Made by a program: the position numbers and the translations under genes
DNA from: an uncultured Rhodoferax sp.
Lineage (GTDB): Bacteria > Pseudomonadota > Gammaproteobacteria > Burkholderiales > Burkholderiaceae_C
Assembly (NCBI GenBank): GCA_964569855.1
Contig: CAZMXB010000002.1
Location: 18,619-82,618 of the forward strand
Length of the DNA stretch: 64,000 nucleotides
Reading direction: 5' to 3'
Shown: positions 38,602 through 46,653 of the stretch, one piece after another
Layout: each line of letters begins with the position of its first letter
How positions within the stretch are numbered: position 1 is the first letter of the stretch
The notes under the pieces: model-generated
What the model was told of the DNA's origin: nothing
Database searches by the model: none
Seen by the model: the letters and a program-made list of their open reading frames with translations, nothing else

Positions 38602-38898
38602 ATGGCAAAGCTCGCTCTGAATGCACTTCCGATCTCGATGTTCTTCTTTGACAAAGCCAACAACATGCTGATCGGTGAGATGTCGATGGTCGAACGGAAC
38701 ATTGGCCGGCTTTATGACGATGCATACGATGAAGGTATCGAGATCCAAGGTAAGAATCATGCTGTTCGATATGTTCAAACTGGCTTGATTCGAGATCGTC
38801 ACGAGAAGTCTGATACCGCAGTGTTTGTTTACAGTCCTTGTGCTGAAGACTTTCGCCGGATCAAGAACCTCCCGGTGCTTCATGTGCTGAACACGTAA
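38602..38898 (+). CDS. Early hypothetical protein
   Basis: Own promoter, GGAGA RBS. Confidence 0.65.
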   Translation: MAKLALNALPISMFFFDKANNMLIGEMSMVERNIGRLYDDAYDEGIEIQGKNHAVRYVQTGLIRDRHEKSDTAVFVYSPCAEDFRRIKNLPVLHVLNT

Positions 38899-39024
38899 GA
38901 GATTTGTGAAATTGGTATAATGGATGCATGTGTCCAGCTGTCGAGTCAGTTATAAATTGTGACTGCCGCGGAATATGCGGAGGAAGGTAACGCAGCCTAA
39001 CTCGAATTTCACAAAGTTTTAGAT

Positions 39025-39371
39025 TCCCGAAGTCGTTCGCGCGATGAAGGGCTAGAAATGATCGTAAACTGACAGTCAAAAGGCAGCGACACGGGGACTG
39101 CGATGTCCCCCGCCTACACCAAAAGCAATACCGTATCTTCTGAATGACGAGAGCTTTGGAATTTATAGTTTGCTTCTGATGTGGGCGTAAAGTATCGACC
39201 GATGTCATAATTATCTGTTGGCGATCCGAAAGGTGACTGACGTAATCAGCACAAATTAAATACCCGCAAATGACGAGTATTTCTCTCCGGTAGCTATGGC
39301 TGCTTGAAGCTGACCTAGCAGACGCCGGCTAACCCAGTCTGCTCGCGTTGCTCCGGCGATACGGAGCGCCA
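39025..39371 (+). ncRNA. ssrA: Circularly permuted (two-piece) tmRNA, tag ANDEYFSPVAMAA
   Basis: ...CGCCTAC-ACCA (ends 39121) precedes GTGGGCG...TCGAC (39181); G3:U70; tag frame 39266-39307; outer limits approximate. Confidence 0.9.
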
Positions 39372-39558
39372 AATTCAAGGCCTTGATGTTCTGAAGAAGA
39401 ATGAGAGACCGCTAGTATGGGTCACAGATACTAGGTCAGGGCCTTGAATTTGGATCAACAAGACAGAAGCTTGTATTGGTCATCCATATGATTCAGCACT
39501 GGCATAGGGCCAGAGATTGAGAGTAGATCCTCTCCTGAGTTGTTGGTCTAGAATTTTC

Positions 39559-39632
39559 GTCTCGATGGCAGAGTGGTCATGCAGCGGCCTGCAAAGCCGT
39601 GTACGGCGGTTCGATTCCGTCTCGAGACTCCA
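39559..39632 (+). tRNA. tRNA-Cys(GCA)
   Basis: CTGCAAA loop, TCCA. Confidence 0.9.
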
Positions 39633-39636
39633 TCAT

Positions 39637-39710
39637 ATCCCTATAGCTTAACGGACAAAGCTCTAGTTTCCTAAACTAGGAACATCCAGGTTCGATTCCT
39701 GGTAGGGGTG
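39637..39710 (+). tRNA. tRNA-Arg(CCT)
   Basis: CTAGT-TTCCTAA-ACTAG. Confidence 0.85.
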
Positions 39711-39780
39711 AAGAACACAACTGGGCATATAGTCGACGATATGACCCGACACTCAGGAGTCATGATCCTGGTGGTGTTGA

Positions 39781-39859
39781 GCCGAAGCAAGGTGTATTGG
39801 TTGGCACTCTGAGCCATATTGGGCGAGGAGGGTTGGGTTCGAATCCCATGGCATCGGCA
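39781..39859 (+). ncRNA. Degenerate tRNA-like RNA
   Basis: GCCGA/TCGGC, D-like arm, TGGG-TTCGAAT-CCCA. Confidence 0.45.
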
Positions 39860-40022
39860 AAAATTCTAGTGGATGTTCCAGTAGTTGGACCGGTGAAGTT
39901 TCTCAGATTTCACCTAGATTGCCCACTGGAGCGTGCATCATAGTTTACAATTTGCGGCGAAATAGTGTTGGACAAGGTGCCATGGATGTTGTACAATACT
40001 CCTACCAACTGGAGATAAAGAC

Positions 40023-40439
40023 ATGACCGCACTGACGAAAGCCAAAGTTGCTCAGATTGACGCCGAGATCCAGGCTGCTCTGAGTCTGATCGGACAAACG
40101 CATGGAGTAAAATTTCAACTCAAGAAGTTCCGCTACGCTGAGGCTGTTGGTTTGGCTTCTATTGGTATCGAGATGAGTTCGATTTCCGATGACACCGGTG
40201 AAGCGGTAACCAAGGAAATGCTCGCACTTCAAAACATGTTGAAATACAAGTCTTTCGGTAAGTTAACCTCCGAGACAGCAAACAAGACCTTTGTGATCAA
40301 CGGTAAGTTTTACGCTGTTGTTGGTTATGAGAGTCGTTGCTATGCAAATCCGTTTGTTGTGAAAGATATTGCTACCGGAAAGACTTTTAAGACGAATGAA
40401 CAAATGATCAAGACCGCTGGAATTCTGGTAGCGGCGTAA
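40023..40439 (+). CDS. Early hypothetical protein
   Basis: Own promoter, GGAGA RBS. Confidence 0.7.
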   Translation: MTALTKAKVAQIDAEIQAALSLIGQTHGVKFQLKKFRYAEAVGLASIGIEMSSISDDTGEAVTKEMLALQNMLKYKSFGKLTSETANKTFVINGKFYAVVGYESRCYANPFVVKDIATGKTFKTNEQMIKTAGILVAA

Positions 40440-40452
40440 AGATAGAATAAGT

Positions 40453-40542
40453 GGCGTAGTACCTTGGCAGGGTCCAAGCGATGCCTGGAAAGCATTCGGT
40501 GCGGCAAAGTCGCATGGGTTTCGAATACTCACTACGCCGCCA
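40453..40542 (+). tRNA. tRNA-Ser(GGA)
   Basis: ATGC-CTGGAAA-GCAT, long arm, GCCA. Confidence 0.85.
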
Positions 40543-40555
40543 CTTTGACGAGGTT

Positions 40556-40810
40556 ATGATGTTTAAGTATACACCGGCAAAGAAGCTGCTTCATTGGTAT
40601 AGGAAGAACCATCGTCGCTATGAGTCTACAGAGAAAAGTAATAGAATTTTCGCGCAAGAGATGGCCATGTGCGGAAATGATTTTCTTGCATGGTGTGAAT
40701 TTAGACGGTGCTGGGAACACACATGTTTTTACTCTCCGGTAAGAATCCAAAAGGTTCCGGTTAACGGATGGCTCTTCCCGGTTGAAATATTTGATGAAAT
40801 GGAGATTTGA
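40556..40810 (+). CDS. Small protein, paralog of 20327-20557
   Basis: GAGG RBS; shared motifs. Confidence 0.6.
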   Translation: MMFKYTPAKKLLHWYRKNHRRYESTEKSNRIFAQEMAMCGNDFLAWCEFRRCWEHTCFYSPVRIQKVPVNGWLFPVEIFDEMEI

Positions 40811-41328
40811 TTATGGGACATTCTGGAATCCGACCTGGTGACAATGTTTCTTTGCTTCGGAATATCTCACGTGATGAAGATCTCTCCTACGGGATTGCTG
40901 GTCAATCCGGTCAAGTGATTGAGGTCTTCAAGAACAAAGATGACAACTGGGATTTACAGCGACAACGAGAAAAACAAAAGACCTTGTACGTCAAGGTCAA
41001 GATGGACCTTCCTGGAAAACCGATCAGGACATTCAGACTGACTTCACTTGCTCGAAAATAAAGCTGGACAAAGCTCTTTTGTTAGGATAAAATTGTTCCA
41101 ACAACTGGAGAATCGATATGAACACATTGCTGGAATTCAAGAAAATCCAAAGGGTAAAGGCTCGACTAGCTGAGATCCGACTTGAACTTTCTCAGCTCGA
41201 TGGTCGGCGTTCCCCTGATGAGTACAATGCAATCGCGAAGTTAGCCGCTGAAGCTTGTGATCTCCATCGACAGCTCAAGGAGAAGAAAGTGAAGCTCTTG
41301 TAGGTACCATTCCTAAAAGAGGTAAACA

Positions 41329-41565
41329 ATGAGCAGATCAAGAAGAAAGACTCCGATTTTTGGTCACACGACAGCTAGATCAGATAAGCCGTTCAAGCGA
41401 GATGAACATCGTCGAGAGCGAAGAAAGGTTCGTAGTTTGTTGAAGGATGGAAAGGAAGAAATGCCGCATCGGCGCAAATACGGCGACGAGTGGAATTCTC
41501 CTAAAGATGGAAAGGCATGGCTAAAGTTTAATCTACATTTGCTTGAAAAGTATATGAGAAAATGA
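41329..41565 (+). CDS. Basic conserved phage protein
   Basis: MSRSRRKTPIFG...PKDGK. Confidence 0.65.
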   Translation: MSRSRRKTPIFGHTTARSDKPFKRDEHRRERRKVRSLLKDGKEEMPHRRKYGDEWNSPKDGKAWLKFNLHLLEKYMRK

Positions 41566-41573
41566 TTCAAAGA

Positions 41574-42348
41574 CCCTTCATAGCTCAATGGTCTAAGAGC
41601 GTTCGGCTGATAACCGATTGATCCAAGTTCTCTTGATAAGTAGGATAGATAGTTTATCATACTTATCAAGAATAAAATGAATTATCTAAAAATTTACAAT
41701 TCTTTGGTCAATCGTGCTAGAAATAGATTTCTAACTGGGTATACAGAACGACATCATATCATACCAAGATGTATGGGAGGATCGGATGACCCTAATAATT
41801 TAGTTGATCTGACCCCAGAAGAGCATTTCTTATGCCATATTCTACTTGTTAAGCTCTATCCGAATTACCCAAATTTGATTTTTGCTTTACACAGCATGTG
41901 TTACAATGGAGTAAACACAAAAAGAGTTAGTAGGTCACTATATGGACAGTTGAAAAGAGCCTTTTCTTCTCGAATGAAAGAAATAAGTTCAGGAGAAACA
42001 GCGAGTCAATACGGAACTGTATGGGTTTCGAATCCTGTTGAAAAGATCAATAAGAAAATTAAATCTGGTGATTCAATTCCTGAGGGATTTTTCCTGGGTA
42101 GAAATATATGGAATAGGAAGCCTCCTGGACCCGGGAAGGGGAATCATAAATCGTCGGCCTTGAAAAACAAAATCAAAGACCCTTCAGCCGTTTTGCAGAG
42201 ATATTTGGCTGGGGAAAGGATGATCGATATTGGAATAGATTTCGGAGTCTCTGGAACTGCAATAATTCATTTTTTAAATGCTCAATTCCCAGATAGACAA
42301 AAATTTGCTCCAGGGTCAAAAAGAAATAAATCCCTGGTGAAGGGACCA
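41574..42348 (+). tRNA. tRNA-Ile(GAT) split in the T-loop (5' part 41574-41630, 3' part ~42329-42348)
   Basis: CCCTTCA...CTGATAA...CCAAGTTC // AATC-CCTGG-TGAAGGG-ACCA. Confidence 0.85.
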
Positions 42349-42354
42349 AAATAG
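41677..42354 (+). CDS. HNH homing endonuclease inserted in tRNA-Ile
   Basis: ERHHIIPRCMGG.DDPNNLV.LTPEEHFLCH; C-terminal HTH-like segment. Confidence 0.9.
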   Translation: MNYLKIYNSLVNRARNRFLTGYTERHHIIPRCMGGSDDPNNLVDLTPEEHFLCHILLVKLYPNYPNLIFALHSMCYNGVNTKRVSRSLYGQLKRAFSSRMKEISSGETASQYGTVWVSNPVEKINKKIKSGDSIPEGFFLGRNIWNRKPPGPGKGNHKSSALKNKIKDPSAVLQRYLAGERMIDIGIDFGVSGTAIIHFLNAQFPDRQKFAPGSKRNKSLVKGPK

Positions 42355-42428
42355 CGAAATTCGTCTAGCGGCTTAGGACAACTCTTGCCAAAGGAGGGTA
42401 AACTCTGGTTCGAATCCAGAATTTCGTT
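42354..42428 (+). tRNA. tRNA, probably Gly-derived, anticodon register ambiguous (GCC or CCA)
   Basis: GCGAAAT/ATTTCGT, T73, good D and T arms. Confidence 0.6.
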
Positions 42429-42441
42429 AAACGTCTTCATC

Positions 42442-42517
42442 GTCTTCATCGTCTAGAGGCTTAGGACACCTGATTCTCAGTCAGGGAAACGTCGGTTCAA
42501 ATCCGACTGGAGTCCCA
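42442..42517 (+). tRNA. tRNA-Glu(CTC)
   Basis: CCTGA-TTCTCAG-TCAGG; preceded by a 9-nt duplication of its 5' end. Confidence 0.8.
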
Positions 42518-42792
42518 TTATTGCGGTGAAGGAAAAGAGAAATGCAATTAGATACTTTTGTGATGGCGATTATGATGCTTTTTGTTTTTCTTGGATATGC
42601 CGTCTATGTGTTCTACATGTTTCTGGTTCCGTTCTTTCATGAAGAGGAAAAGGATTCACTTGAACGATGGAATGGTGATGTCATGAATTTTTATAATCAC
42701 AATGATCCATCTTTGGACTAAAGTTTACAATCCAGCATTGGACAAGGTGTCTTCGTTGTTGTAGAATTACTCTACCAACTGGAGATACAGAT

Positions 42793-43104
42793 ATGACCAC
42801 CAAGACTAAATTGACCAAAGAGTTCATCATTGAAAAATTGATGGCGTCGGATCAGTGGCTGTATCGTGGAATTCTGGCGATCTTTGATTTCCAGACCTGG
42901 GACGAACAGCAAACAGAGTCGACCAACAAGAATAATGGTGTCGGCTTCAATGGCGCAGATGCTCCGATACTTTCGAGCTTCGCCAAGCAACTTAAGGCTC
43001 GTGGATTCTTGAGCCAGAAGCAGATTGCTTGCGCCAAGAAGATGATGGTAAAATACGCCGGACAATTATCACTTATTGCTCAGGGTAAAATCAACAGAAG
43101 CTAA
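42793..43104 (+). CDS. Conserved phage early protein
   Basis: QT.DEQ..ESTN..NGVGF...DA..LSSFA motif; own promoter. Confidence 0.75.
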   Translation: MTTKTKLTKEFIIEKLMASDQWLYRGILAIFDFQTWDEQQTESTNKNNGVGFNGADAPILSSFAKQLKARGFLSQKQIACAKKMMVKYAGQLSLIAQGKINRS

Positions 43105-43700
43105 GAATTTCTATTGAGTCGTGCTTTGCTTATCGCTTCTCTTGTTTCTTTTGAAACAGAATGTCCTTTATGAGATTCTCTCATTTTTGCTCGTGTTTCT
43201 TCAGATATTGGTTTTCTTTTAGTCGCACCAATTTTCATCTTTTGTTTTGATTCCTCGGAAAATATTTTTCCGATGTTGGCTTTACTAATTTTCGCTCGTG
43301 TTTCTTCTGAGGTTATTTTACCTTTATGAGCTTTACCAATTTTGTTGCGGGTTTCTTGAGATGGAATTTTGCCGTATAAAGATTTACTGATTTTTGCTCT
43401 TGTTTCTTCAGAAGGCCGCATAAATCCTCTGCCACCTTGTCCACCAACACAAAGATTATAGCAAAATTCTGATTTTAACAATTCCATAGTCACTATTCGC
43501 TTTTCTTCATTATACGCGTCTGTGTGATTATCAAAAATTGCTAAAATCTCTTTTTTGAAATTCTCTTTTCCATATTTCTTAATTGAGCGCTTAATCATAT
43601 TTCCTGATCCTAAATATTCATCAAATGGATCATTCGTTCTATGAACGCCAATATAGAATTTGTTGTTAATTTGGTTAGTTGTTTTATAAACAGTGAACAT
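43101..43700 (-). CDS. Seg-like GIY-YIG homing endonuclease with SEETRAK (NUMOD3) repeats
   Basis: Family N-terminus and six repeats. Confidence 0.88.
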   Translation of the reverse strand: MFTVYKTTNQINNKFYIGVHRTNDPFDEYLGSGNMIKRSIKKYGKENFKKEILAIFDNHTDAYNEEKRIVTMELLKSEFCYNLCVGGQGGRGFMRPSEETRAKISKSLYGKIPSQETRNKIGKAHKGKITSEETRAKISKANIGKIFSEESKQKMKIGATKRKPISEETRAKMRESHKGHSVSKETREAISKARLNRNS

Positions 43701-43882
43701 AGTAATTGCCTCAAAATAGATAATTATCTATCGCCCAAGGCGAAGTGCATATGGGGTAACAAGAACACAAGAGGGCTTTTCTGGTGGAGTCCTCTTGGAG
43801 ATCATCCTCACCAGATGCTTCTACGTAGACGCCACAACGTAGACTAAGATGACGACCGGGTCAACAGGAGCGTGGCGCAGCA

Positions 43883-43957
43883 AGGTCTGTAGGGGCTATA
43901 CTAAGTCGCCACCTCTGACGTGGAGATCCAGGCTCCGATCCTGGTGCAGACCGACCA
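43883..43957 (+). tRNA. Atypical tRNA-like gene, CTG loop
   Basis: GGTCTGTA/TGCAGACC, CCAC-CTCTGAC-GTGG, ACCA. Confidence 0.5.
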
Positions 43958-44039
43958 AATTTGAAGTAAAGTTTACAATTCATTGCTGGACATGTATCCA
44001 TGGGTATGGTAAAATTGTTCCATCAGATGGAGAGAAGTT

Positions 44040-44300
44040 ATGGACAACAAGACCGAAATCAAGGTGACGAGTATTAATGGATGGTTCCATTGCCGCTTGT
44101 TCGTGGATGATAAACTCTTCGCCGAAGAGGCATGCGAGCTTCGTGAAGATATTGGTCTGATTTGCCGTTTGATGCTTCGTGACGCCGACAAGTTTTATGG
44201 CGTTTGGAACGATCACACTCAATCAGCTCGGCGGCGGTTGAATGAGAAGCAAATAAGTTGGAATCCGAAAGGACGCACAAAATCAATAGCTTGCAGGTGA
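44040..44300 (+). CDS. Early hypothetical protein
   Basis: Own promoter, GGAGA RBS. Confidence 0.65.
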   Translation: MDNKTEIKVTSINGWFHCRLFVDDKLFAEEACELREDIGLICRLMLRDADKFYGVWNDHTQSARRRLNEKQISWNPKGRTKSIACR

Positions 44301-44363
44301 AATGGCTGACGCCCTGGTTTCATAAGCCAGTGATACTGAGATCGAAACTCAGGCAAGCTACCA
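44288..44363 (+). tRNA. tRNA-Met(CAT)
   Basis: CTGGT-TTCATAA-GCCAG, ACCA. Confidence 0.83.
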
Positions 44364-44368
44364 AAATT

Positions 44369-44453
44369 GGAAAGTAAACTAGGTGGGATTCTTAGGACCG
44401 TTTCGAAAACGGATCGTGCCGAAAGGCATCTGGATCGAGACCAGTGCTTTCCT
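44369..44453 (+). tRNA. tRNA-Ser(CGA), 8/4-type
   Basis: GGAAAGTA/TGCTTTCC, CTGG/CCAG T stem. Confidence 0.83.
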
Positions 44454-44459
44454 GAAAGA

Positions 44460-44982
44460 ATCGTGGCGTGAATGATACGCTTTGTCCAAGAAGACACGCG
44501 GTCGACGATGTCACGATATTTAGCAGTAAAGTTCGGCAGCAGGCCAAGACTCTGGCAGGTCTTGGATTACGCGGAGCTTGGAACCACTAGCATGTGGTTC
44601 CAAGAGTCACCGAATGCCGGCGATGTATGCCAGTACATGCGGCCGGCAACCATTAGAGTATAACAAGGTGTGCCATTGTTAAACCTTGTATGTAGAACAC
44701 CAGTGAAGGTTGCGCTTCATTGGCATTGGCCCGAAGGACAATTCAAATCCTTTGGCGACTCACCCACGGAGTGGTGCTGGTGCAGTTCCAGAGAATCTGT
44801 TGGGCTTCTCGTCCAGCAAAAGCCGATTAGCTATCGGAACAAAAGAGATGGTTTGATTGCCATTGGATTTGCCATAAAGATCCAGGTCATTTATCAGGTG
44901 GTTCCAGAGGATCGTCCTGAACTTGTATGCTACGCCAGTGAAAGCGGACGATTACGAAACGCCGTACACGAAATCCTCTGAA
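44460..44982 (+). ncRNA. Unassigned large ornate RNA (~520 nt)
   Basis: Dense strong hairpins with complementary loops; overlapping ORFs are weak. Confidence 0.55.
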
Positions 44983-45269
44983 CAATTCTTTGATCATTAT
45001 GAGGTGTCCTGTGAAATTTGAAAAACCTAAACTTTCCGCGCCTTTTGATGGAAAATGGTATTTGCTATGGCTTAAAGATGAAATAAATGAAATAGGTGCC
45101 GATCAGCATCCAGCTATGATTGGTCGGTTTGACGCAAGTCTTGGTCGATTTATTCAGGACAGCGGTCGTGAAACTGGCTATAATGCCGCTGACATTCTTG
45201 GGTTTGCTGAAATTCCGCAGAATCTTAAAGAATTCGAAGATCAAAATGGATTTTCTGAATAATCAATTT

Positions 45270-45344
45270 GTCCCTATAGCTCAACGGAAAGAGCAGTGAC
45301 CTTCTAAGTCATTGATCCGGGTTCGATTCCTGGTGGGGACGCCA
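45270..45344 (+). tRNA. tRNA-Arg(TCT)
   Basis: Canonical cloverleaf, GCCA. Confidence 0.93.
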
Positions 45345-45916
45345 AAATCATGGAGAACTAATTTGGACATTCAAGTGTATCGATTAGAGGATGTTGTTGG
45401 AGAAACCTTTCCTGAAATACAACACGAGTCGTATTATGTTTCGGTTGACGGAAAAGTTTGGTCTGCCATCTCTTCAAGTAAAGACACTACAGTCTTAGAC
45501 ATGACCAATGGATCATGGGAGAGGACATGAGACTCATAATTGAAAATCTTACTATGCAGCAAGCTGTTCATTTGGCTCAATGGTTTGAAGGTCAAGGTGA
45601 GCAAGATTGCATTCCATGGTTTGAAGAAGTTGGAGTGAGAGCTCCGAGAGTTGAGGTAGAAAGAGGTGGATGGCTTCGCCAAGAAGGTGAAGATCTAATT
45701 CTACGGACAATCACTTCATGAAAACGGCAAACGGCAAACGATTCCACCTTATCGCCAGATGGGCTGATGGTGATCAGAAGAGATCAAAACTCTAGAGAAG
45801 AAGTATCGGATTGAAGGGTTTGATGGATTTCCATATCATGGATTTGTGATCAAAGAGGAACTAGTCACTGGTGTTTTGGTTTCAGAGGTCTAATAAAATG
45901 AAAGGAGTTTACAATT

Positions 45917-46534
45917 ATGGGTAATCGAGTTTTTGATATTGCTGCATGTGTTTCGGGAATCGCCCCAGGCACATATTACGCATCACGAGATGATAATGGA
46001 AAGGACTTCACCTTCTATTCGAACATCTCGACATCAGGAAGTAAACAAAAGCTTTCTTTGATCAATGGTACAGAATTTTCAGGCGTTCGAATCACAGGAT
46101 CCTGGACGAGTTCTGGTCGCTATTTTACATTCAAGAAGATCGGAGCGAAGGCGTTTTCTCCTGATTTGCGAGTTTCTTTCCATTATGAAATCCTTCGAAT
46201 GAAGCTTAACCAACATCTTGGTACAAGTGCGCATACTCGTCTTAATGATTTTATCTCGGCCCGACCTGCCAAGGATAATCCGATTCCTCGCACGGAGGTA
46301 GAAGTAAACTGCGGAGCTCCATCAAACAAGACGACTTTTGAGTTCTATGTGATTGCGAAGTTGGTCAATGGAGTGCCAGTCTTTTCTTCAGGTCCAAAGG
46401 TCCATAAGAGTTATGATTCGGCCGCGACCGAGGCGGCACGGTTGGCAAAGTTGGAAAATGGAAATAAGTTTGTAGTGTTCCAGGCAACCAGTGCGGTTTC
46501 TGTTGGTGCATTGGTCTGGGAGGACGCGAAGTAG
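45917..46534 (+). CDS. Hypothetical protein
   Basis: AAGGAG RBS; H.SYDSA..EA.RLA C-terminal motif. Confidence 0.65.
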   Translation: MGNRVFDIAACVSGIAPGTYYASRDDNGKDFTFYSNISTSGSKQKLSLINGTEFSGVRITGSWTSSGRYFTFKKIGAKAFSPDLRVSFHYEILRMKLNQHLGTSAHTRLNDFISARPAKDNPIPRTEVEVNCGAPSNKTTFEFYVIAKLVNGVPVFSSGPKVHKSYDSAATEAARLAKLENGNKFVVFQATSAVSVGALVWEDAK

Positions 46535-46554
46535 AATAGAAGTTTCATAGAGTA

Positions 46555-46583
46555 AAGAGAGGGCCGAAAGGCCCTTTTCTTTT
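46555..46583 (+). terminator. Intrinsic terminator
   Basis: AGGGCC-GAAA-GGCCCTTTTCTTTT. Confidence 0.85.
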
Positions 46584-46653
46584 GGCCGAATAAAGTGATG
46601 GACAATCCATCGTCCGTATGATAAAATACAATCCTTGTAGTTTGGAGACAATC

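Noticed and set aside
38941-39006. SRP (4.5S) RNA suggested by GGAAG...GCAGCC
   Set aside because: Lacks the CAGG-stem-GNRA arrangement; structured but unassignable
39142-39150. AATGACGAG in the tmRNA spacer duplicating the tag start
   Set aside because: A nine-base match could be chance; no supporting resume context
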